Of a stretch of DNA of 64,000 bases, positions 16,837-24,907 are shown piece by piece. The first letter of the stretch is position 1; each line of letters starts with the position of its first letter. Made by a program: the position numbers and the translations under genes. The DNA lies in assembly GCA_964437835.1 (NCBI GenBank), contig CAYTJA010000466.1, positions 6,019 through 70,018 of the forward strand. Reading direction: 5' to 3'. A model generated the notes under the pieces. The model made no database searches and was not told the origin of the DNA. It saw only the letters and a list, made by a program, of their open reading frames with translations. This DNA is from an uncultured Spirochaetales bacterium (GTDB lineage: Bacteria; Myxococcota_A; UBA9160; SMWR01).

Positions 16837-19800
16837 ATGGCGCGGCGCGGAAGACTCGTGCTCGAGCGCGGCCCCGAAGACGCGGTCGGCCTGCCCGCCT
16901 CGCTCGAGGCCGAGCGCCTGATCCTGGGCCGCGGCAGCGATTCCGACATTCGGCTCCCGGTCGCCGCGGTCTCGCGCGTGCACGCCGAGATCGTCTGGCA
17001 GGGCGAGCGCCTGATGCTGATCGCGCGCAGCACGACCAGCCCGACCGCGGTGAACGGCAGCAGCCTCGAGGGCTCGCGCGAGCTCGCGGACGGCGATCAG
17101 ATCGAGCTCGCGAACCAGGTGCTGCTGCGCGTCGAGCTGCCGCCGGCCGAGCCTGCGCGGGTGGCTGCGGATTCCGCCACGCTGGTGTTTGCCGCGCCGA
17201 CTCCGACTCCGGTGGCTCCAGCGCGCGCCCCGGTGGCGCCCGCAGCTCCGGCGGCGCCGGCGGCTCCTGCGGCGCCAGCAGCCCCTGCGACGCCCGCGCC
17301 CGTTGCGGCGCCAGCAGCGCCTGCGACACCCGTACCCGCTGCGCCGCCGGCAGCCCCTGCTAGGCCCGTACCCGCTGCGCCGCCGGCAGCTGCGGTCGCG
17401 GCTCCGGCAGCGGTCGCTCCGTCCCCCCCCGCCGCTGCGCCCGCGCCAGCCGCGGCGCCTGACGCGTTCAAGGGCCCCGCGCGCATCGCGATCGTCGGCG
17501 CGGGACCCGCCGGCATCGCCGCGGGGGTGCAGGCCGCCAAACGCGGCGTGCCTCACGTGCTGCTCGAGCGCGGCCGCCTGGCCGAGACGATCGAGCGCTA
17601 CCAGAAGGGCAAGTTCGTGATGGACGAGCCCACCCGGCTCACGCTGCATCCCGAGCTCGAGGTCGGCTTCAAGGCCGGCGCGCGCGAGGAGATCCTCGCG
17701 ACCTGGCAGAAGGCCGTGTCGCAGGCCGGAGTCGAGCTGCGCTGCGGGCGCGAGTTCGGGGTCCAGGAGATCCGCGGGCAGCGGGGGGCCTTCGAGCTCG
17801 TGTTGCGCGGTGGCGAGCGAATCCAGGCCACCCACGTGGTGCTCGCGATCGGGGTGCAGGGCAATCTCAAGAGCTTCGGCGTCGCAGGCGACGATCTGCC
17901 CCACGTCACCTATCAGCTCGACGACCCAGCCGCCTACGAGGGCAAGCGCGTCGCGATCGTCGGCGTCGGCGACGCCGGGATCGAGAACGCGCTCGCGCTC
18001 GCGCAGCACGACAACGACGTCTTCATCGTGAACCGGCGCGACGAGTTCGCGCGCGCGAAAGCGCGCAACCGCGCGCTCGTCGATGCCGCGATCAAGAGCG
18101 GCCAGATCGCGCACTACACCCACAGTACGGTCGACCACTTCGAGCCCGGCGCGGTCGTGCTGCGCCGCAAGGAAGGTCAGGAGCGCCTCGAGCTCGACCT
18201 CGTGATCGGCCGCCTCGGCGGAAACCCGCCGCGCGACTTCCTGCAGGGCCTCGGCGTGCAGTTCGCGTCGGAAGATCCCGAGGCCGTGCCCGAGCTCTCG
18301 CCGAGCTACGAGACGAACGTTCCGGGCATCTTCGTGATCGGCGCGCTCGCGGGCTACCCGCTGATCAAGAACTGCATGAACCAGGGCTTCGAGGTCGTCG
18401 AGCACATCCTCGGCCAGCCCGTCACCCCGGCCGACGAGCCGCTGTTGCGCGAGAAGTTCAAGGGCATTCCGGGCAGCGTCAGCGAGATTCTCGAGCGCAT
18501 CCGCCGCCGCGTGCCGGTGTTCCGCGATCTCACGCCGGTCCAGCTGCGTGAGTTCTTGTTCGAAGCGGAGGTGAAGCAACTGAAAGCTGGCGAGGTCGTC
18601 TACCGCCGCAACGACTACACCAACGAGTTCTACGCGGTGCTCGCGGGCAAGGTCGCGCTCGAGGAGCCCTCCCTGGAACGCGACGTCGACGTCGGGCGCA
18701 CGATCGCGTTCACGCGCACGCTGCTCGCACAGGACATCCAGGGCTACCGGCGCGAGGTGCCGATCGGCGGCTTCTTCGGCGAGACCGAGCTCTTCTCGGG
18801 TCGGCGTCGCAGTGCGACGGCCACCGCGCTCGAGCCGACCCTCGTCATCGAGGCGCCGCGCCTCTCGATGGCGCGGCTGCTGCAGTCGACTCCGGCCGTG
18901 CAGCGAGCCGTGGATGCGGTGTTTGTCGAGCGCACGCTCGAAAAGCGCCTGCCCGAGCTCTCCGCGGCCGAGCGCGCGGCGCTCGCGGCTGCGGCCGAGA
19001 TCCGCCACTACCCCCCCGATCAGGTGATCTTCAAGGAAGGCGACGCGCCGGACGGTCTGCACCTGATCCGGCGTGGGTCGGTCGCGATCCAGCGCGTGGT
19101 CGACGGCCGCGAGCGCGTGATGCAGTACCTGCAGACCGGCGCGTGGCTCGGCGTGATGGGCGTGCTGTCGCCGGAGCTCGGCCGCCGAGCATCGGTGCGC
19201 GCGAAGGTGCTGACCGAGACGCTGCTGCTGCCGCAAGCCGCGCTGCTGCCGCTGCTCAAATCGAACCGCGCGCTGCGCGAGGGGCTCCAGCGCTGCGCGA
19301 ACGAGGACGCCGTCTGGGACGCCATGCAGGCCGAGGGCGGCGGCGGAACGATGCTCTTCATTCTCGACAAGACCGGGGCCTTCGAGGCCACCGACCTGCT
19401 GCTGATCGACGAGTCGCTCTGCATCCGCTGCGACAACTGCGAGAAGGCCTGCGCGGACACGCACCTCGGCCTCTCGCGCCTCGATCGCGAAGCCGGGCCG
19501 ACCTATCAGACCTCCGGCGGCGCGCAGCTGCACGTGCCGACGGCCTGCCAGCACTGCGAGAACCCGAAGTGCATGGAGGACTGCCCACCCGACGCGATCC
19601 GCCGCCACGCGAACGGCGAGGTCTACATCAAGGACAACTGCATCGGCTGCGGCAACTGCAAGAACAACTGTCCCTACGGCGTGATCCAAATGGCGACGGT
19701 CGAGCCGTATCGGAAGGCGAACCTGCTGGCTCAGCTGCTGCTCGGCAGCAGCCCGAAGCGCGGCGGCGGCGCGCACGCCGAAGGCGAGGCGCACTCCGAA

Positions 19801-19947
19801 GCCGCGGTGAAGTGCGACCTCTGCCAGGGGCTGCCCGCGCCGAAGCGCGGCGGCACGCGCGCGGCCTGCGTCGCGGCCTGCCCGACCGGAGCGATCGTGC
19901 GCGTCGAGCCGCGCAACTTCATCGCCGAGCTGGTCAAAGGGCGTTGA
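16837..19947 (+). CDS. multidomain redox/signalling protein: FHA, Pro/Ala linker, FAD/NAD(P) pyridine-nucleotide-disulfide-oxidoreductase-like domain, 2x cyclic-nucleotide-binding domain, 4Fe-4S ferredoxin clusters
   Basis: 1036-aa ORF. FHA (LILGRGSDSDIRLPVAAVSRVHAEIVWQG...INGSS-type). IAIVGAGPAGIAAG and VAIVGVGDAGIENA dinucleotide folds. cNMP motifs GGFFGETELFSGRRRSATATA and FKEGDAPDGLHLIRRGSV. Cys clusters CIRCDNCEKAC, CQHCENPKCMEDCP, CIGCGNCKNNCP, CDLCQG...CVAACP. Confidence 0.85.
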   Translation: MARRGRLVLERGPEDAVGLPASLEAERLILGRGSDSDIRLPVAAVSRVHAEIVWQGERLMLIARSTTSPTAVNGSSLEGSRELADGDQIELANQVLLRVELPPAEPARVAADSATLVFAAPTPTPVAPARAPVAPAAPAAPAAPAAPAAPATPAPVAAPAAPATPVPAAPPAAPARPVPAAPPAAAVAAPAAVAPSPPAAAPAPAAAPDAFKGPARIAIVGAGPAGIAAGVQAAKRGVPHVLLERGRLAETIERYQKGKFVMDEPTRLTLHPELEVGFKAGAREEILATWQKAVSQAGVELRCGREFGVQEIRGQRGAFELVLRGGERIQATHVVLAIGVQGNLKSFGVAGDDLPHVTYQLDDPAAYEGKRVAIVGVGDAGIENALALAQHDNDVFIVNRRDEFARAKARNRALVDAAIKSGQIAHYTHSTVDHFEPGAVVLRRKEGQERLELDLVIGRLGGNPPRDFLQGLGVQFASEDPEAVPELSPSYETNVPGIFVIGALAGYPLIKNCMNQGFEVVEHILGQPVTPADEPLLREKFKGIPGSVSEILERIRRRVPVFRDLTPVQLREFLFEAEVKQLKAGEVVYRRNDYTNEFYAVLAGKVALEEPSLERDVDVGRTIAFTRTLLAQDIQGYRREVPIGGFFGETELFSGRRRSATATALEPTLVIEAPRLSMARLLQSTPAVQRAVDAVFVERTLEKRLPELSAAERAALAAAAEIRHYPPDQVIFKEGDAPDGLHLIRRGSVAIQRVVDGRERVMQYLQTGAWLGVMGVLSPELGRRASVRAKVLTETLLLPQAALLPLLKSNRALREGLQRCANEDAVWDAMQAEGGGGTMLFILDKTGAFEATDLLLIDESLCIRCDNCEKACADTHLGLSRLDREAGPTYQTSGGAQLHVPTACQHCENPKCMEDCPPDAIRRHANGEVYIKDNCIGCGNCKNNCPYGVIQMATVEPYRKANLLAQLLLGSSPKRGGGAHAEGEAHSEAAVKCDLCQGLPAPKRGGTRAACVAACPTGAIVRVEPRNFIAELVKGR
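17269..17390 (+). repeat. degenerate 36-nt (12-codon) tandem repeats encoding the Pro/Ala linker
   Basis: Exact 26-nt direct repeat CCCGTACCCGCTGCGCCGCCGGCAGC at 17329-17354 and 17365-17390. Related units GCGGCGCCAGCAGC(C/G)CCTGCGAC start at 17269 and 17305. Period is 36 nt. Confidence 0.7.
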
Positions 19948-19949
19948 GC

Positions 19950-20999
19950 GTGGCCGTGGCCTTCGACCCGCTGATGCGACTTCGCGCGCGCGACCGCCGC
20001 CGGCTCGCAAGCGGCCTCGGGCTGGGCCTCGCGCTGGGCCTGGCACTCTGCGTGGCCGGCTGGCCCGGCACCGGCGTCAGCCTCGCGGGCTTCTGCGCCG
20101 CGAGCGGCCTCGGGCTCGGCTGGGCCAACTGGCCGCAGTGGCGCAAGGCCGCCTGGTGGCGCGGCCGCGGCGGCCTGCCGAAGAGTTACGCCCCCCGCAG
20201 CTTCCTGCGCTACGGGAACTTCCTGCACCTGAAGCTCGCGCTGACTGCCGTGGCCGCCGCCTCGCTCGCCTATCTCCTCGACGACCCGCCCGGAGGTCCC
20301 AGCGGGGGCAGCGCCCTCGGCTATGCGCTCGGGGTCTTCTCGACCGCGTTGGTCGTCTGGCTGCTCTGGTTCGGCGTGCGCAAGCGGCGCTACGACGGCG
20401 GCGGCGCGCCGCTGCAGGCCTGGCTCTCCGGCCACGTCTACCTCGGCCTGACGCTGCTCGTGCTGGTGCCGCTGCACTGCGGCTTCCAGTTCGGCTGGAA
20501 CGTGCACTCGCTGGCCGGAGCCCTGCTGTTCCTGACGCTCGTCTCCGGGATCTTCGGGCTCGTGGCCTACACGCAGATTCCCGCGCGCATGACGCGCAAC
20601 CGTCCCGGTCAGCAGCTCGAGGGCCTGCTGCAGCAGGTCGCCGATATCGACGAGCAGCTGCGCGCCGAGGCGCGCGAGCTGCGCAATGCCGAGCCCGTGC
20701 GGCGCGCGATCGAAGAGACCCGGATCGGTGGCGGCCTCGCGGCGCTGCTCTTCTTCTCGGAGGCGAATTGCGCGACCACGCAGGCGCAGGCCGCGCTGAA
20801 GCGCGCGCGCGACGACGACCCCGGTCTGCTGCGCCCGCTCGAGCTGCTGACGACCAAACAGGCGATCCTGCGCCGCGTGCGGCGCGACCTGCGCTACAAG
20901 GCGCTGCTCGACCTATGGCTCGTGCTGCACGTGCCGCTCTCGCTCGCGTGCGTGGCTGCGGTTGCAGTGCACGTGCTCGCGGTCTTCTACTACCGGTGA
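19950..20999 (+). CDS. polytopic membrane protein with two H-x13-H transmembrane helices (di-haem cytochrome-b-like)
   Basis: Track ORF 19143..20999 trimmed to GTG 19950 (alternative ATG 19974), 3 nt after the upstream stop. About 7 hydrophobic helices. GHVYLGLTLLVLVPLH and LHVPLSLACVAAVAVH each place two His exactly 13 residues apart. Confidence 0.65.
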   Translation: MAVAFDPLMRLRARDRRRLASGLGLGLALGLALCVAGWPGTGVSLAGFCAASGLGLGWANWPQWRKAAWWRGRGGLPKSYAPRSFLRYGNFLHLKLALTAVAAASLAYLLDDPPGGPSGGSALGYALGVFSTALVVWLLWFGVRKRRYDGGGAPLQAWLSGHVYLGLTLLVLVPLHCGFQFGWNVHSLAGALLFLTLVSGIFGLVAYTQIPARMTRNRPGQQLEGLLQQVADIDEQLRAEARELRNAEPVRRAIEETRIGGGLAALLFFSEANCATTQAQAALKRARDDDPGLLRPLELLTTKQAILRRVRRDLRYKALLDLWLVLHVPLSLACVAAVAVHVLAVFYYR

Positions 21000-21002
21000 C
21001 AC

Positions 21003-22841
21003 ATGCGACTGCGCCTGATCCAGGTCACGAGGCGGAAGTCCGGGCGCGAGTCGCGGCGCGAGTCGCAGCTCGAGGGCGAGCTGCTCGCACTCGGGCGCGG
21101 CTCCGACTGCGACCTCGAGCTCGTCGACCTGTCCGTCGCGCTCCGGCACGCGGAGCTGTTGCGCAAGGGCGATGGCGTGTACCTGCGGCCGGTCGGCCGC
21201 AGCGAGCTCAGCGTCTCGGGCCAGCGCTGCGTCGGCGAGCGGCGACTCGCGGTCGGCGATGTGGTGCGCATCGGTCCCTTCGAGCTGCGCGCGATCGCGG
21301 CCGAGGCCGGATTCGATCTCGCGCTCGAAGTCGAACAGATGGCGCGCCGCGAGGACGCGCGCGGCGAGCTCGCCAAGCGCAGCCGCCTGACGGTCGAGGG
21401 GGGATGGTTCTCGCGCCGCACGCTCTCCTTTGCCGGCGTCGCGGTGGTGCTGCTCGGCTTCCTCGTGCTGCCGCTCGCGCTCGGGCGCGCGGGCTCCTGG
21501 AGCAGCGGGCCCCTCTCCCACAAACACTCGTTCGCGGCCGATGACTGCGGCGAGTGCCACACGCGCGCGTTCGCCACCGTCGAGAACGGCGCCTGCCTCG
21601 ACTGCCACGCGGAGATCGGCAACCACAGCGACTCCCCGGCGCTCGCAGCCGCCGGCATGACCGGGGCCGCCTGCACCGACTGCCACAGCGAGCACGCGGG
21701 CGAGCCCGGTCTGCTCGCGCGCGCGCAGGACAGCTGCGCGGGCTGCCACACGGATCTCTCGCAGCGGCTCGAGCAGCCGCGCGTCGCGAATGCGAGCGAC
21801 TTCGCTGCGGACCACCCCGAGTTCCAGCTCGCGATGCTCGACCCCGCCACGCGCAAGGCGACCCCCGTCGGCTGGCAGCGGGATCTCGAGGAGCGCTCCG
21901 GCGTGGCCTTCTCACACGCGCGGCACGTCGGTGAAGCATTGCCCGAGGTGCCGGAGCGCCTGCGCAGCGACCCCGCGCGCAAGAGCGAGCCGCTGCGCTG
22001 CTCGAGCTGCCACCAGCTCGAAGCGGGAGGCCAGCGCATGCAGCCGATCGAGTTCGAGAAACACTGTCAGGCCTGCCACCAGCTCGGCTTCGACGCCGCG
22101 CTGCCGGACGACCAGGCGCCGCACGCGAAGCCGGTCGAGCTGCGCGAGGGGCTGCGCAGGCTCTACGCCGCGCAGGTGGTCGCGGGCAATGCGGCCGCGG
22201 TCGCGCTGCCGGAGGCGCTGCGCTTCCGGATCCCCGGCTCGACGCTCTCGGACCAGGAACAGTCGCAGGCGCAGGGCTTCGTCGACGCCCGCGTCCGGCG
22301 CGCCGAGCACGCGCTCTACGTCGAGCCCGGCGAGTGCGCGCGCTGCCACGCGCTCGAGCGCGACGCGCCGGCTGCGAGCGAAGAGAGCGGAGCGGGCGAA
22401 GCGTCCCTGGCCAAGCCGCCGAGCGTTCCGCCGGTCTATATCACCGAGCGCTGGATGCCGCAGTCGATGTTCCGGCACGCGACGCACGCGCCCTTCCCCT
22501 GCGCGGACTGCCACCCGGCCGCGGCGGCCTATCTCGAGGGCGGCGACGCCGAGAACCCGCGCCCCGAGTGGTCGCTGCCGGAGGCCGGGCCCTTTGCCCT
22601 GCGCACAGAAGCCGAGCTCCAAGAGCTCGGGCTGACGCCCAGCAAGCTGGCGTCCGACCTGCTGATTCCCGGCATCGAGCAGTGCCGCGGCTGCCACGGC
22701 GGCGAGAATGCGCGGCCGCCCGAGGTGGCCTCCGAGTGCAGCCTCTGCCACCGCTTCCACCGCGCCGAGCACGGGCCGATGCAGCCGGGCGGCGCGGCGC
22801 GGCCCTCGCCGGTGGCCCGCAACGCGGCGCACTCGGACTGA
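21003..22841 (+). CDS. FHA domain - single TM - decahaem c-type cytochrome
   Basis: 612-aa ORF. N-terminal FHA-like LALGRGSDCDLELVDLSVALRHAELLRKGDGVYL. TM helix LSFAGVAVVLLGFLVLPLAL. Ten CxxCH motifs: CGECH, CLDCH, CTDCH, CAGCH, CSSCH, CQACH, CARCH, CADCH, CRGCH, CSLCH. Confidence 0.85.
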   Translation: MRLRLIQVTRRKSGRESRRESQLEGELLALGRGSDCDLELVDLSVALRHAELLRKGDGVYLRPVGRSELSVSGQRCVGERRLAVGDVVRIGPFELRAIAAEAGFDLALEVEQMARREDARGELAKRSRLTVEGGWFSRRTLSFAGVAVVLLGFLVLPLALGRAGSWSSGPLSHKHSFAADDCGECHTRAFATVENGACLDCHAEIGNHSDSPALAAAGMTGAACTDCHSEHAGEPGLLARAQDSCAGCHTDLSQRLEQPRVANASDFAADHPEFQLAMLDPATRKATPVGWQRDLEERSGVAFSHARHVGEALPEVPERLRSDPARKSEPLRCSSCHQLEAGGQRMQPIEFEKHCQACHQLGFDAALPDDQAPHAKPVELREGLRRLYAAQVVAGNAAAVALPEALRFRIPGSTLSDQEQSQAQGFVDARVRRAEHALYVEPGECARCHALERDAPAASEESGAGEASLAKPPSVPPVYITERWMPQSMFRHATHAPFPCADCHPAAAAYLEGGDAENPRPEWSLPEAGPFALRTEAELQELGLTPSKLASDLLIPGIEQCRGCHGGENARPPEVASECSLCHRFHRAEHGPMQPGGAARPSPVARNAAHSD

Positions 22842-22925
22842 CATTATCGGTCTCGCGACACCACCGCCTCTCCACCCCCGCGAACTGATAGAGTGGCGTT
22901 CGGGGGGAGTAAAGGTGGCGCCGAT

Positions 22926-23570
22926 ATGCAGACTCGAGTCGTGGCGCTATTCGCTGCTCTCATGCTCGCCCCGCTCCAGAGCTCGGCCGGTTCCGGTGGA
23001 GTCGTCACCTTCGGAGGTAGCTCAACACCGGAAGGCTGCACAGGCGGCAACTGCCATCCGGAAGGCAGCCCGGGCTTGACGACTCAGCTCAGCGGTCCCG
23101 GCTCCGTATCGATCGGCACCTTGAATCAATACACGATGAGCGTGGCAGGGGTGACAGCGCTTCAGTTCTGCGGAATCAATATCGCAGCGGACAGCGGCAG
23201 CCTGATGGCGGCCCCACCTTGGACCCAGAAGTACATCTTCTCCGACCAGTTGACGCACACGCAACCGACTCAACCCTGCAGCTTCACATTCGGCTGGGTG
23301 GCACCTGGAACGCCCGACACCTATTACCTCCGCGCGACGGCCGTGGCGGGGAATTCGAATGGCAACCGACGCGACGACACCGCAGTTCCGCTCAACGCAT
23401 TTCCCATCACCGTGCTGCCGGAGCCGAGCCCAAACATGCTGCTGGCAATCGCGGTCGCCACGCTGACCCTTGCCTCGGGCGGTCGTGCCCCCGAGCAGCG
23501 TCCGCTCAGAAGGACACGTCGGCGCCGATGGTCCACAGCACATCGGGGCGCAAGCCATTCTGGCGATTGA
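22926..23570 (+). CDS. secreted protein with CX4CH motif and PEP-CTERM-like C-terminal anchor
   Basis: Track ORF 22893..23570 trimmed to ATG 22926 (signal peptide MQTRVVALFAALMLAPLQSSAG). CTGGNCH motif. C-terminal LPEPSPNMLLAIAVATLTLA followed by an Arg cluster. Lies in a lower-G+C patch. The last 65 nt overlap the convergent OMP gene. Confidence 0.5.
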   Translation: MQTRVVALFAALMLAPLQSSAGSGGVVTFGGSSTPEGCTGGNCHPEGSPGLTTQLSGPGSVSIGTLNQYTMSVAGVTALQFCGINIAADSGSLMAAPPWTQKYIFSDQLTHTQPTQPCSFTFGWVAPGTPDTYYLRATAVAGNSNGNRRDDTAVPLNAFPITVLPEPSPNMLLAIAVATLTLASGGRAPEQRPLRRTRRRRWSTAHRGASHSGD

Positions 23571-24858
23571 GCGGAAAGGACGTATTCCAGAACAGCACCA
23601 CGGTGCCGAAGGGGTTCACCTTGCCACCGACGCCGATGTCCACGGTCGGATCGCCGGAGCGCGGAACGCGCCCGAAGACGTCGGCGGCGAGGGTCAAGCG
23701 CTGAAAGACGCGGACATCCGTCCCCAGGACGTAGCGGAAGGAGTCGCTCGCGGCGGGTCCCGTCGACGCTTCCAATCCGAGGTTCGTGTGGGGAGTGAAG
23801 AGGCTCACTTCCTTCGAGGCGATCATCCAGCCGCCGAAGTCGACCTCCCCGGTCCCCTGGAAGTCGTCTTCGTTGCCGGTATTGAGCTTGATCTGCCCTA
23901 GCACGGCGAGGTCGGGGATGTACTGCTGATCGTCTGCGAAGTGGTACTTCGTGCGCAGCAGCACGTCCCCGATGCCGCCCGACTCCTCGCTGCCCTGGTC
24001 CGTGGAGGGATCTTCGCTCGGAAGGCAGGGGGGCAGCCCGGGTTCGTCGCAGAAATGATGCTTATTGGTGTCAGCGGGCGCAGTGGAAGGATTCGCCGAG
24101 CTGTCCACCCTGGCGACGCTGCGCACCGAGAGCTTCGTGTGTGCAATCGGGAGCATGAAGCCGACGTCCCAACGCTCGGTGATTCCGTAGTTGACGAAGA
24201 ATCGGAACACGTCCTGCGAGAGCTTCAGATCCAGATCGACGATGATGTTCTCGAACTCGAAGGCGGGAAAACCCGGATTGGGCGGCTGGCCGGGGCAGCC
24301 TTCGGGGCGATCGGCCCCGCTCGCACAATCGTCATCGTGGAGAAACACTCGTTGGAGGGAATTCAGATCCTCTCCGTTGAATACCTTGAATTCCTGGCTC
24401 GAAAAGCTGAGACCGAAATTGACCTTGTTCCTTCCGACGGTCTGCGCGCGCTCCGCGAGCAGGGGGCCGAGGCTCTGCGTGGATCGAACGAAGACCGCCT
24501 CGTCCAGATCGAAGGTGAAGGCATTGACTCCGGAGGTGGGCGGGGACAGGTTCGAGGCAGCGCTGATCGCGCTACTCAACTCGGCGAGTTCGGTGATGCC
24601 AGAACCGCTGAAGTGTGCGGTGTGGCCGGCGGAGAAAGTCCTGTCGAGCGTGATCCCGTCGCCTCCGTAGAGGCCGAGGAGCGCATCCGAGACGTCGGCG
24701 TGGGCGGGCGGCGAAGCTCCAGCGATCCAAACGCCGGAAGCGAGAGCAGCTGCGAACCCTGTGCAGCGAGAGCTGGAACCAGCCAACGATCCCTCCAGCC
24801 ACCCCCCACTCGCCTTCCGGCCGCATTCTCTCAAGCGCCCTGCAGGTGGGTCAAGCAC
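23506..24858 (-). CDS. outer-membrane beta-barrel protein
   Basis: 450-aa ORF (start uncertain). Signal-peptide-like AAALASGVWIAGASPPAHA. Alternating amphipathic strands. C-terminus ends ...WTIGADVSF (aromatic terminal residue typical of OMPs). Confidence 0.7.
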   Translation of the reverse strand: MLDPPAGRLRECGRKASGGWLEGSLAGSSSRCTGFAAALASGVWIAGASPPAHADVSDALLGLYGGDGITLDRTFSAGHTAHFSGSGITELAELSSAISAASNLSPPTSGVNAFTFDLDEAVFVRSTQSLGPLLAERAQTVGRNKVNFGLSFSSQEFKVFNGEDLNSLQRVFLHDDDCASGADRPEGCPGQPPNPGFPAFEFENIIVDLDLKLSQDVFRFFVNYGITERWDVGFMLPIAHTKLSVRSVARVDSSANPSTAPADTNKHHFCDEPGLPPCLPSEDPSTDQGSEESGGIGDVLLRTKYHFADDQQYIPDLAVLGQIKLNTGNEDDFQGTGEVDFGGWMIASKEVSLFTPHTNLGLEASTGPAASDSFRYVLGTDVRVFQRLTLAADVFGRVPRSGDPTVDIGVGGKVNPFGTVVLFWNTSFPLNRQNGLRPDVLWTIGADVSF

Positions 24859-24907
24859 TTCCCCGAACCGCGGCTCCGATGAGGCCTGGCTTCGGCATTC
24901 GAGCGAT

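Noticed and set aside
17170-17460. Repetitive stretch considered as a possible CRISPR or mini-satellite locus
   Set aside because: The repeats are in-frame 36-nt units inside a continuous ORF and encode a Pro/Ala linker. There is no repeat-spacer architecture.
16381-20046. 1221-aa minus-strand ORF, the longest in this region
   Set aside because: It is antisense to the motif-rich FHA-flavoprotein gene. Its translation is Arg/Ala/Gly/Leu-rich with no recognisable motif. This is a typical stop-poor shadow frame in very G+C-rich DNA.
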